DNA of 64,000 bases from Lama glama (lineage: Eukaryota): the NCBI GenBank assembly GCA_028534125.1, contig CM052817.1, forward strand, positions 3,288,001-3,352,000. The letters are read 5' to 3'. Below, one piece after another: positions 1 through 10,432 of this stretch. The translations under genes and the position numbers were made by a program. Each line of letters begins with the position of its first letter. Positions within the stretch are counted from its first letter, which is position 1. The notes under the pieces were generated by a model. The model was not told the DNA's origin and did not search any database. It was given only the letters and a program-made list of their open reading frames with translations.

Positions 1-410
1 TGGTGGACCTTGAGCTACATTAGACGTATTGTAATGTACTAGCCTGGTGAGTGACACACCCACAGGCGCCAGGACAGTTCCGAGGCTGACCATGGAAGGT
101 CAAAGGGCGGTGGCCCAATTTCTGGGAATCCTGCCTCTTCCCCAAAGTAGCTGGAACAATCCTCTCACGTGTCAGCACATGACAACCAGCAACGCCGCAC
201 CTCACTCTCTTGCCTTCCGAGAGGCCCACACTCTGTCTATGGAGGGTACATCTCTCTAAATAAATCTACTTTTACTCAACTGTGGCTCACTCTTGAATTC
301 TTTCCTTCACAAAGCCAAGGACTCTCACTCGCAGGGCGCGTCCCAGGGACTCAGCTGAGACTGGGACATGGCCATCCTCTCGCCCCCCTCCCCCATTTTT
401 TCCTGTATCA
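1..410 (+). mobile_element. ERV1 LTR, MER41-like (5' part outside window)
   Basis: gacacacccacaggcgccaggacagtt; AATAAA at 259-264 followed by tacttttactc...cttgaattctttc...gccaagga; terminal tcctgtatca at 401-410. All resemble the recalled MER41 consensus layout. Confidence 0.75.
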
Positions 411-799
411 ACTGTCAGAGCATCTATCGGTCCCTGCTTTGTGCGAGCAGGTGCCAGGCTCTGGGTTCCAGTCCCCGATGTCATGATTCTCTGTGTGAGA
501 TGTGGCAACATCCCCTTTCCCAGGAGGAACCTGATCTGGATGGAGTTAAGTATGTAGCATGGCGCTGCCCAGGGCCCTTCCTCTGACCTCATTCTGGGGT
601 CCCGAGGTGGCCAGGAGGCAACCATGGGTTTGCAAAAGGGCCTTCTCACGGAACCTGGTGGGGGTGGCAATAGCCTGGAAACGTCAAAGTCCCCTGCTCC
701 ACAGCCAGGCAGAGAGCAGAGTCAGGGGACACAATTAGACCAAGAGGACAGAAAGTAAATCTCAGATGAAAAACCGAAGCCAGATCAAAGCCAAATCAG

Positions 800-850
800 C
801 AAAAAACAAACAAACAAACAAAAAACAATAAAAAACAACAACAAAACAAA
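800..850 (+). repeat. A-rich (CAAA/AAC)n simple repeat
   Basis: caaaaaacaaacaaacaaacaaaaaacaataaaaaacaacaacaaaacaaa. Confidence 0.85.
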
Positions 851-1154
851 CGCTGCAGCAGATCAGGACTGCTCATCACTGCTTTCCAAGGACTCCAACC
901 CAAAAATAGATTCTCCCCTTGCTCTGCCTGGAAGGATTCTGCCACAAGGAGGGGAGATAGAGGCACCAGGATTAGCTTTCTCCCCAGACCAGCTGCTCCT
1001 TTAAAACTCATTCATCAAACTGGATCCAGGCGGAGCTGAGAAGGGTGGGAAAGGTAAACATCATACCCTGCCTCTGCTGCCCTCTGTGTTCCCAGAGGAG
1101 CAAGCGGGTAGCGGCTTCCACTGTGCAGAGCGAGGTGCCCAGCACAGCACGTAC

Positions 1155-1254
1155 CTTTCTCTTGTTGGTAGGGCAGATGTAGAAGTTGTCGATGACGGTG
1201 GTGACACCGGGCTGGAGGGTGAGCTTGGTGTAGGATGTCCCAAAATCCGAAGAC
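1155..1254 (-). CDS. SORCS2: Internal coding exon of SORCS2 (sortilin-related VPS10 domain receptor 2); exon 3 by human numbering
   Basis: Minus strand reads ...ctaacagctgtcatcctgtaccctag|GTCTTCGGATTTTGGG...AACAAGAGAAAG|gtacgt. Canonical AG/GT, branch-like CTAAC at 1276-1280. Length 100 nt = 1 nt + 33 codons, translating SSDFGTSYTKLTLQPGVTTVIDNFYICPTNKRK, which matches the recalled SORCS2 VPS10P domain (SxDxGxSY Asp-box). Confidence 0.96.
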
Positions 1255-1649
1255 CTAGGGTACAGGATGACAGCTGTTAGCCACGTGCGGCTCCAAGTGC
1301 AGGTTTATTAAGCCTGCATGGTGTCCAGCACAGGCTGGGCACCAGTGTGCGTGCAGTGCCCAGGGCACCCCGCTGTGTAGTCCTCTTCCCCCGCACCGGG
1401 GCTGCATGTCCCAGCGACCCGGGAGGAGGCCGGGGCTCCTGCAGGACGCCCAGGACTTGCCCAGGTCTGGAGCTGGGAGTGGGGCCAGCCTTCCCAGCAC
1501 ACCACCTCCCCGTCAGCGTCCCAGAGTGCTCTGCCCTGTCCACAGTTTACGTTAGCTTTACTCTGCCGTACCTCAGGGGTTATGAAGGGTCTCACGTGTG
1601 CCGGCCACGTCTAGGTCCGCCCATCTGTTTGATTCCACGAAAAGCCCTG

Positions 1650-1775
1650 ACAGATTATATCACTGTGTCCATCTGGCAGGTGACCAGAGGGCGAGGCAGA
1701 GGCTCAGAGGGGCTAGGTTCCTGCCCGAAATCACTCAGCTAACAAGTGGCCAACGTAGAATGTGAGCCCTGGCCC
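1650..1775 (-). mobile_element. MIR SINE fragment
   Basis: gaggctcagaggggctaggttcctgcccgaaatcactcagctaacaagtggc resembles the reverse MIR core. Confidence 0.6.
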
Positions 1776-3409
1776 ATCCCACAAACAACTGGCATCCTGT
1801 TTGCTCTACAGAGCGTTCCCCGCTGCCCCGACCCTCGTAGTGCCCTGTCTACTTGTCCGTTCCCCTCTCTGGACCCTGAGCTCCTCCAGGGGGCCGCAGC
1901 CTCCATGTTGAGCACGTGCGCCCACAGGACTGCCGGGAGCTCCGGCGCTGCTGGAAGTCAGACCCCAATCCCTGTGCCGGGCGGTGAGCGCCTGCACCCT
2001 CTGGACGGCGGGACTTGGGCCAGTCCCTCCCACCTGCCGGAGGGCCCGCTTTCCCGCCTGTAACGCCAGGGCTGCAGGAGATCTCCCAGCTCTAACCTCA
2101 GCCCACAGCGGCCACAGGGGAGAAGCCATTAAGGGCAATTTCACATCTGCTGTTTGGAAGCGACCAATTCATCAGGATGTGGAATTAATTCCGTTGAAGC
2201 TTAAAGTCCCGGCGACCCTGAAACCAGCACCCCTTGTTAGCATCTGGTTAAAACGTGCAGTGACTGCAGAGCTGGACGCATGCCCAGGCCCGGGCCGCAC
2301 TTCCAATCCCGCCCCTAAACCAGGGGTGTGCAGTTCCAGAGACCTTCGTGTGGTCTCAGGACCCTCTCAGAGCTTCCTCGTCTTCTAACGGGCTAGGAAA
2401 GTCACCCCAAGGCGGGGGCAGGGACAGGAGTGGGAGCCCACGGAGACTGGGGCTGGCCGCACTGGCCCTTGGGCCTGTCCATCTGTCTAGCCACCGCTGA
2501 GAACAGACTGAGCTCCAGGAGCTGCGCTCCCGGGCGGGGGGCGGGCGTTCCCAGCTGCAGTCCGGTCCTCAGACCCCAGCACTTTGTGGGGCCTGGCAGC
2601 CCCTTCCCCTCTCTGGGCCCACCGAGGGCTGCACCGGTTGGACATCTCAGACCCTCCCAGTGTGGCCTGCAGGCCTGGGGCAGGCCTAGAGCTGCTTAGC
2701 ACACACGCCACGCACCACTGGCCGTGTTCTAAGTCCATCCCGTAATGCACCCTCAGTGCTTTCTACAGGCGTATACTTCCTCCCGGAGTCTTCAAGTGAA
2801 ACCGAGGATCCGGGAAGATGGGCTGAGTTGATTGTTCGCAGTGGCTCCATGTCCCCACAGGTCAGGTCCCTCACAGGACTCAGGCCAGGACAGAGGGCAG
2901 CCCTGCCCCTTGACTCCCAGGGAACCCCAGCCCGGCCAGCCCTCCCCCAGGGGATCTAGAACTGGATCCTTCAGGCCTCTGTGGGCCCCTGGCCTCCCCA
3001 GGGAGGGCCTGCAGGAAAGAACAAAGCAGCTCCCCCACTGCCCGAGGTGAAATTAGGGAAACACTTACTCTCAAAACCTCAGAGAATTGATTTGCTTTGG
3101 GATGGAGAGAGCCTGTTAGCAGAGGATCGACCCAGAGACCCAGGAAGTTGCAGAAGCCCCACAGAACAGAGCTGTGCTTACCAGCTGGATGCATGAAAAC
3201 CTCGGCACCCATGGGTCCCCTCCCCATCCCGCCCACCCGACAAGCCCCCTGATTGATTCTGCCTCCCAGACACCCTGAAGGCCACCCCTTCCCTCCATCC
3301 CTGACACCCACCTGCCCTGCCCAGCCTCTCTCCCCAGCTCCAGCCTCCCCCGTGTTCCCCCGCGGGCGGCTGCAGCAGCCTGCTCACACCGGCTCACTCA
3401 GACGCACCT

Positions 3410-4160
3410 GCTGGTGTGGGCCTGCAGCAGGGAGCACGGGGGGCCTCTGCCCAGGAACATCCATTCTATGGGGCCAGAGGAGGAAGGCAATAAACAGATA
3501 AGCAAAAATGTAACTGTGTCAAAGGCCGTCAGGGCTGGGAAGAAGAATGAACAGATGGGGGGTGGAGGCGCAGGGGGATTGCTGTCTCAGGGAGAGTCGG
3601 CGTGGAGGCCACTCAGACACGATGATGCCTGGGCTGAGGTGGGAAAGGACGGAGGAGAGACTGCTACGTGCCTGGCTGGGGGAAGCCACCTGCACTGGGT
3701 TAAGTAACATCTCCCTAAAATTCCTGTCTACCCAGAACCCGTGAATGTGACCTTGATTTGCAGACAGGTTCTTTGCAGGAGTAATAAAGTTAAGACGAAG
3801 TCCTACCAGAGTAGGATGGGCTCTAATTCAACGACTGGTGTCCTACAAAGGAGGCCTGGCAGACACCTAGACTCACCGGGAGAACGCCACGTGACAATGG
3901 AGACAGACTGGGGATGCCCAAGATTGCCAGCCACCACCAGAAGCGAGGAGAGAGGAAAAGGACAGATTCTCCCCTAGGGCCTCCAGAAGGAGCTGGCCCT
4001 GCTGACACCCGGACCCCAGGCTTCCAGCCTCCAGACTGTGGACAACAGACTTCCATTGTCTAAAGCCGACCCCTGTGTGGGACTTTGTCACAGCCGCCCA
4101 AGGAACTCATACAGCATTCCAGGTAGCGGGAGGAGCAGGTGCAAAGGCCCTGAGGACAAG
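3410..4160 (-). mobile_element. L2 LINE fragment interrupted by the MLT1 LTR at 3691-4113
   Basis: L2-like text resumes after the LTR: gcattccaggtagcgggaggagcaggtgcaaaggccctgagg. Confidence 0.6.
3691..4113 (+). mobile_element. MaLR solo LTR (MLT1C-like)
   Basis: gtgaatgtgaccttgatttg, gccacgtgacaatggagacaga, ccctgctgacacc, gcctccagactgtg; terminal ...actcataca. Confidence 0.85.
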
Positions 4161-4339
4161 GTCGCCCTCCTTTCTCCTCTCTTGAAAGGGGAGGAGGGAT
4201 CTGTTTGAAGCAAAATCCTGCCACTGCGTCGTCAGCTATCAAGCGGTCAGGGACTCTTCACCCTGCAGGATAATGCAAATCCAATTCCCTCAGGAGCCAT
4301 TAGCCCCAAGTTCCAGGCCACCTGCCAGAGACAGAGGAC

Positions 4340-4600
4340 ATCATTCGTTCATTCATTCACTCCTTCATTCAACATTTGTTCAGCTCTTTTGTGCTTTAAG
4401 TTTCACACTTGGACTGGGAATTCCAATTTCTCTGTTCAAATTCATTGCTGTCACACATGTCTATTGAGTATCTACTGTGTGCCGGTCACTTCATTCCATA
4501 GTGAGCAAGACAGACGCTGGCCTGTCCCATGGGATGACAGGCTGGCTGGTGAGACAGGAGCAAACAGATCGTTCCAGGTAAGCAGTGATGCCAGTGGAGG
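4340..4600 (-). mobile_element. L2 3' end fragments
   Basis: cattcattcactccttcattcaacatttgtt and tattgagtatctactgtgtgccggtcac. Confidence 0.6.
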
Positions 4601-4866
4601 CGTCCAGAGAACGCTGGGAGACTCTAGGGGGCCGTCAGACTGCTCTGAGTCAGGGGCCATCGTCAGCTCTCCCGGCCCCACGGCCCAGCTAATCCAATGC
4701 CCCATCTTGCTGAGTCCTCCTCCTAAATTGCTTGTGCTCCACCCCAACACCTCCATCACCCCCAGGGCAGGCCCTCTTCATCTCCCACCATCCCTGGGGG
4801 TCCCGGTGGATGACAGGCTCAGAGGAGAGGAAGGCTGATGCCGGCTGGGCAGACTTCAAGGAGGGG

Positions 4867-5330
4867 TGTATGAGTTTCCAGTGGCTGCTACAACAAATTG
4901 CTACAAACTTTGTCGCTTAAAACAAGACCTGTTTATTATCATACAGTTTTGGGGGTCAAAGTCCAAGATGGTCTTATGGGCTCAAATCAAGGTCGCTGCA
5001 CCTTCTGGAAGCTTTAGGGGAAAAATCCACTTCTTTGCCTTTTCCAGCTCCTAGAGGCTGCCTGCATTCCTTGGCTTGTGGCCCCTCCTCCATCTCTAAA
5101 GTGCATCCCTCTGATCTCTGCTGCCATTGTCACGTCTCCTTCGTCAGGTCTTCCTCTGACTGCCTCCTAGAAGGACCCTTGTGGCTGCAAAGGGCTCACC
5201 TGGCTAATCCGGGATAACTGCCCCACCCTCATCTTCATCACATCTGCAAAGCCCTCTTTTCCTTGTGAGGTGACATATTCCTAGACTCCGGGGATGAAGA
5301 CGTGACAGACCTGGGGGGCACTGAGCCAGG
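4867..5330 (-). mobile_element. MaLR solo LTR (MLT1C-like), reverse orientation
   Basis: tgtatgagtttccagtggctgctacaacaaattgctacaaac..., gcattccttggcttgtggcc, taatccgggataa, catcacatctgcaaag. Confidence 0.85.
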
Positions 5331-5444
5331 TCTGAGGTCCGGCTGGGAGCAGGAGGGATGACAGTGAGCTGTGAGAGAGAGGGCAGGGCCAGAGGCTAAA
5401 GAGGTGGACGGGGTGAACGGCCCCAGAACCCCAGACAGATCTGG

Positions 5445-6248
5445 ACCTGCTCTGGATTACAGCCCGCCCTGGCCACAGGGGGCTGCTGAGCACCCAGGAT
5501 AGTGGCAATTCCTCCGAACGGAGACACCCTGTAAGTGTCAGGTACACACTGATTTCAAAGATGCAGTAGATAAAAAAGAGTGTAAACTATCTCATTGTAA
5601 TTTTATACCAGGTACATGTTGACATAATATTTTGGATATACCAAGTCAAAGAAAACTTATTATTCAGATTAATTGCATCTGTTTCTTTCTGTCATTAATA
5701 GAGTTAATTTTTTCAAAGCAGTTTTGGGGTCACAGTTCAACCGAGAGCAGGGTACAGAGATCCCCGTCCAGCCCTGCCCCCACACGTGCGTAATCTGCCC
5801 CACTACGTGCATCCCCCACCAGAGATGCACACTGTTAGGACGGATGCACCTACACTCACAGGTCATTGTCACTTGGACTCTGTAGCTTACACGAGGGGTC
5901 ACTCTTGGGTTGTGCGTTCTCTGGACCAATGTGTGATGACATGTACCCAGCATGACAGCGCCACACAGAGTAGTCTCACTGCGCGGAAACGCCCGCGCTC
6001 CGCCTCGTCCTCCGCCCTCCCTCCCCGCCCCCAGCCCCACAACCGCGGGTCTTCCACCGTCTGCAGAGTTCTGCCTTTTCCAGAAAGTCCTATGTTGGAA
6101 CTGCACGTTAAGTAGCCTTTTCAGATCAGCTTGTCTCCCTCGGTAACACGCCTTTAAGGTTGCTCAAGGACTTTTCTCGTCACCCGTTTCTACTTTTTAA
6201 CGACAACCCACATGTGGCTCACATCCTATTTCTGCTGGGCCGGCGGGT
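5445..6248 (-). mobile_element. hAT-Charlie MITE (MER33-like) split by an L1 insertion
   Basis: tgtaagtgtcaggtacacactgatttc...ataatattttggatata...attaattgcatctgtttct (to about 5695), resuming with cacccgtttctactttttaa...catgtggctcacatcctatttctgctgg (about 6181-6245). Confidence 0.75.
5697..6180 (-). mobile_element. L1MC-type 3' end (L1MC1-like)
   Basis: gcagttttggggtcacag...gtacagagatcccc...catcccccaccagag...cactcttgggttgtgcgttct...gccttttccagaaagtc...gtagccttttcagat. Confidence 0.8.
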
Positions 6249-9200
6249 CTGGACACAGGCGGAGGCTGTGGGCGCCTCTGCAGGGCGAGGGCAGCGTTCT
6301 CAGAGGATGAGCCGAGTGACTCCGTGGAGAGTTGGGTTGCACTCGGTCAGCGCGTGCCTGGTGGGAGGTGTCGTCGCCGCTGTTTTGGGAAGACTGCTGT
6401 GCCTGCGGATGCGGCGGGTGACGGAGGTGGACAGAGGTGGACAGAGGTGGGTGGGGGTGGGGAGGAGCAGAAAGGAAGGGCAGGACTCCTACCCGGGGGC
6501 ATGCGTTGGGGATGGCGAGGCACTGGGTTGAGGGAGGAGATGGAGGGAGACCCAGGGCGACGCGTGGGGCCAGAGGCGCTACTGAGCTGGGTGCAGCTTC
6601 AGGGAGGCGCAGGGTGGGGCCGGGCGGCAGGACAGCCCCCGGGGGAAGGATGCTCGCTCAGCCCCGCAACGCCTGCGGGGCACAGTGGTCCCTGAAGACG
6701 GGTGAGGTCAGAGCAGCACGTTTCCCCCGTGCCCACGGCCGGGGCCACTTCCTCACCTGGCACCTGTCTGAGGAGCCCCAAGACCCCATGAGGCCGAGAG
6801 GCAAAGTGGCGTCGGGCTGGCTGGGAGCGAGGGGTCTGGAGGTCGGGAGTCTGGCCATGCCCCCTCACCGCTACTGGTCCCGGGCACACACTCAGGGATG
6901 GGCATCGGTTTCTGCTGGAGGCACTAGAGGGCTGGAATTAGGGGTCCCTGGGGTCCCCACAAGTGGAAAAGGCTGTGATCACGTGCCTTAAGCCTGCAGT
7001 TTCCCCGCCTATTACTTGGCCTCAGGGTCTCCCTGACATGCTGAGGGATTGGTTTTGGGGGAACCCTCGCCCAGGCAGACCTCGCTCTTCGTGGGCCACG
7101 CAAGCGTCCTTATGTCTCCTCATTATTTCTTCAGGCTACCTGTTTCTCAAAGAAATTCAAATGAAGGAAGAAGTCTAGCAGTGACAGTGATCCGTACTAT
7201 GAAGATTTACTCCAGGAAATGAAAGTTGAAAGTGGCGGAGTGCGGCGTGACCCCTGCCTCGCCCTGCATGTCTGAGAGCTGCCAGAAATAAGCGCCACTC
7301 TCGTGATGCAAAACAGGGATGCCCGGGGACACTCCAGGTGCCCAGTGCTGGGAGGCCCTGTCTCCTCCCCAGAGAGTGAGTATCTCTGTTACGGGCTTGG
7401 GACAAGGAGGACTCTGAATTGAATGCCTTACATTCCTGATTCCTATCTAAATCCAACCCCCTCCTCCCCAGCTCAAGGGACCAACCCTGAATGCAATGCT
7501 ACCTCCTCCCAGATCACCCAGGTGGAGTGAGGACAGCGGTCACCAAGATCATCCAAGAACCCACAGGCCAGGCACACAGCTAGCACTCAATAAATGCTTG
7601 TTGGATTCCTAGGGAGGTGCTCCAGGTACCAGCCCCGGAGGCTGTGTGACCTCGGGTGAGCCGGTATCCCTCTCTGGACAAGTTTCGCATAGAAACTGTG
7701 GAGACTGGATTTGATTAATGTCTGAGCACCAGCCAACAAGTGACCTCTGAACTTGCCTGTTGGGGAGAGACTCCCCCTCTCATCTCAGGACAGTCAAAAT
7801 CCCTGTGAGAGCCCAGCAGTCCAGGGGTAAGGAAGCCGGGGAGGGAGGAAGGGAAGGAGTTGGCAGGAAGAAAGAGGGGAGGAGGGGGAAGGAGGGAGAC
7901 ACAGGGCCCACTGAGGGCATCCCCTGTGCCAGGCTGCCAGCCCCCCACCGCCCACCCCAACCTTCCCCAGCGCTCACACCACCTCCAAGTTCTTCTGACA
8001 GCAACTCAAAGTGAGTATCCAATCTAGGTATATTCAAATTAAAAAGTTAAAGCAAAAAACTAGACTCTAAAAATGAGCAAATATATACATGGAAGGCAAG
8101 CATAGTAAGAGAATAGCTATTTGCACATCGGTAGCTTAATTGCTGAGTGTTTGTACATATTCACTTTTTTAATGATTTAATTAAGGCATTTTCATACCCT
8201 ATAATTATTTCATTGGCAGGGACATATGTTCCGCTCCTGCCCCTCCCCCCATGCAGATGAGCGCCCCCGCCCCCGCCCGTCTCCCCTCAACATTGGGAAA
8301 CCGCACAGCCAGGAAAAGTGGCGCCCACTGCAGGCTGGCGCCGCTTGCAAGTGTGTGGCCTGGGACAAGGCTGGGACCTCCACAAGACTCAGTTTCTTTA
8401 TCTGTAAAAGGGGCCTGAGGCACAGACCTCAGATACCCATGGTCGGAGATGGATCCAACTCCGATCTCCAGGCGCCCACCCCAGGCTCTCCCTCCAGGGA
8501 AGGTGGTGTAAGTTTGTTAGAGACACATTCCCCGGCTGACCGCCCTGCGGAGCTTTGGTCGGACTCCAGCTGCCCCCAAGGTCTGCAAGGTGAGATGAGA
8601 CGGAACATCTCCCCCCAGGGGACGTCACCCAGGGGCCACACTTGTCCTCAGGAACTGACAACTCAGTGGGGCCCAGAAAGACGAGGCTTTGATCCACTGC
8701 TGCCCTGGACCAACTGATAAACTCTCCCAGGATCAGCGAGGGAGGAGAACTGAGGAGGCACAGGGCACTGGTGGGGCCGTCAAGTCCTTTAAGAAAATTC
8801 TGTGATGTGACTTGAGATTCTGAGTGTGAAGCAGGGAGTCAGACGCCAGCCAGGTGGGTGAGCTGAGTGAAGCGATCCGATCTCAACCTGCCTTTGAGGG
8901 GCGCATGATGTTGGTGGCAGAGGAGGCGCCACGCAAGTCACCACAAGGATCTGGGAGCGTGGTCTCCCTCCAAGGTGAACAGCCTCTTGGGGGCATTAAC
9001 ATGAACGTGGGCACATCATGCCCGGGGCAGAGTGCTGGCGGCCACATTCGACCTGGAGCACACCTTCCTGAGGAAACTGGGGCTCAAGGCCTTTCCCTGA
9101 CTTGCTCAGGGTCGCACAGCAACTGCAGGAAAGCCGGTTTAAGCCCAGGCAGCCGGGCTCAAGTCTACTTTCTCTGCTCCACCCCAGGCTGCTCCCAGAG

Positions 9201-10249
9201 CAGTGCACCCCCAACCCTGGAGGTGTTCACACAGCCCGGCACCCACACTGCGCGCCTGGACCTTCTGACTCCATGTCTCATTCTCGCAGAGCCTGGCGGG
9301 CAATGCTCTCTGATACGTTAGCATTTGGACACTGACCGCAGCCTGTCCTCACTCAGGAGCTGTTAGTCCCACCTGTGGGTTTTCTCCCTGGCTTAGGGCT
9401 TCTCCTTAACTCAAGCCCGGTCTTAAATCAGCCCAGGCAGTGTTCCTGGCCGGCTGAGAGGGCTGGTGGGCAGCAGGGGGCCACGCCCACCTCTCCTGGC
9501 CCATCCAGGAGTCTCCCAACCAGCCTTTCCACGTGTGGCTCCTAGCCTCCCTTCTGTGGCCCTGCTGATGCTCTGTGCCCACGGATATTAGGTGCTGTTA
9601 AGCTTGCTGGCAGATTTTTCCCGAATAAAGCTGGGCCTGGCAGGCCCTGGTCCCAGAGACTGCCTCAGTATCCCCGCCTGCAGCTCTACCAACCTTAGGG
9701 GTGGAAATTGGGCCAGGACCTGGGACCAGATCGCCCTGCAGGGCAGCCCACACAATGCTCTCCTCATGCTGGCTCCTGGCCCACTGTGCCTTCTTACTCC
9801 ATATCCTTCAAAATTCCTGAGATCAGTGAATTCCTTCAGCTGGAGTTGCTTTCAGCACAGCTTTCCTGAGCACCATTTACGTGCACGCTTGGTGCTGGGC
9901 ATGGTGTGCAGTGTGGGTGGGCGGAGTTTCTGCAGCCAGTGGTCCCAGCTCTTCTGTACTCACTGTTCAGATCCTGAAAGAATTCCACACCAGTCAGTCA
10001 ACAGCCCCTCCTCCTGGATGCGGGCCCTCCCAAGACCTCCTCACAGACCAGCAGTAAAGGGCTTAAACCCAGCTTAGCAGGGGCCACCAGGAGCCAGTTC
10101 TGGGTGGTGCCAGCATCCATTCTGATGAGCCATGCTCCTGCTGCACCTGGTGTGGACCAGGGCGGGGTGCCGCCTCTGGGGAGCCCAGGATCCAGGCGGG
10201 TGGGGTGAAGCACAAGGAAAGGACCTGGGAAATGCAGCCAAAGAGGCGC

Positions 10250-10432
10250 TCGGAGTCCAGGAAGGTGCCAGGAGCTCTCAGAGCCTGGAGAAGGTCGTAG
10301 AGGCTTCCACGGAACCTAGGAAAGTGCCAGGAGCTCCCGTGGAACCTGGGGAAGCTGTCAGAGTCTGGAGAAGATGCCAGAAGCTTCCATGGAACCCAGG
10401 AAAGTGCCAACAGCTCTCATGGAAGCCGGCAA
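10250..10432. repeat. Degenerate ~30-bp minisatellite (about 6 units)
   Basis: Units such as gaaagtgccaggagctcccgtggaacctgg, gaagatgccagaagcttccatggaacccag, gaaagtgccaacagctctcatggaagccgg. Confidence 0.75.

Larger units (their letters stand above)
1..1154 (-). other. SORCS2: Start of the SORCS2 intron downstream of the exon (intron 3)
   Basis: Follows the AAG|GTACGT donor (1149-1154 on the reverse strand). Confidence 0.85.

Noticed and set aside
10250..10432. CRISPR-like repeat array
   Set aside because: Eukaryotic DNA; the units are adjacent and degenerate with no unique spacers, and there are no cas genes.
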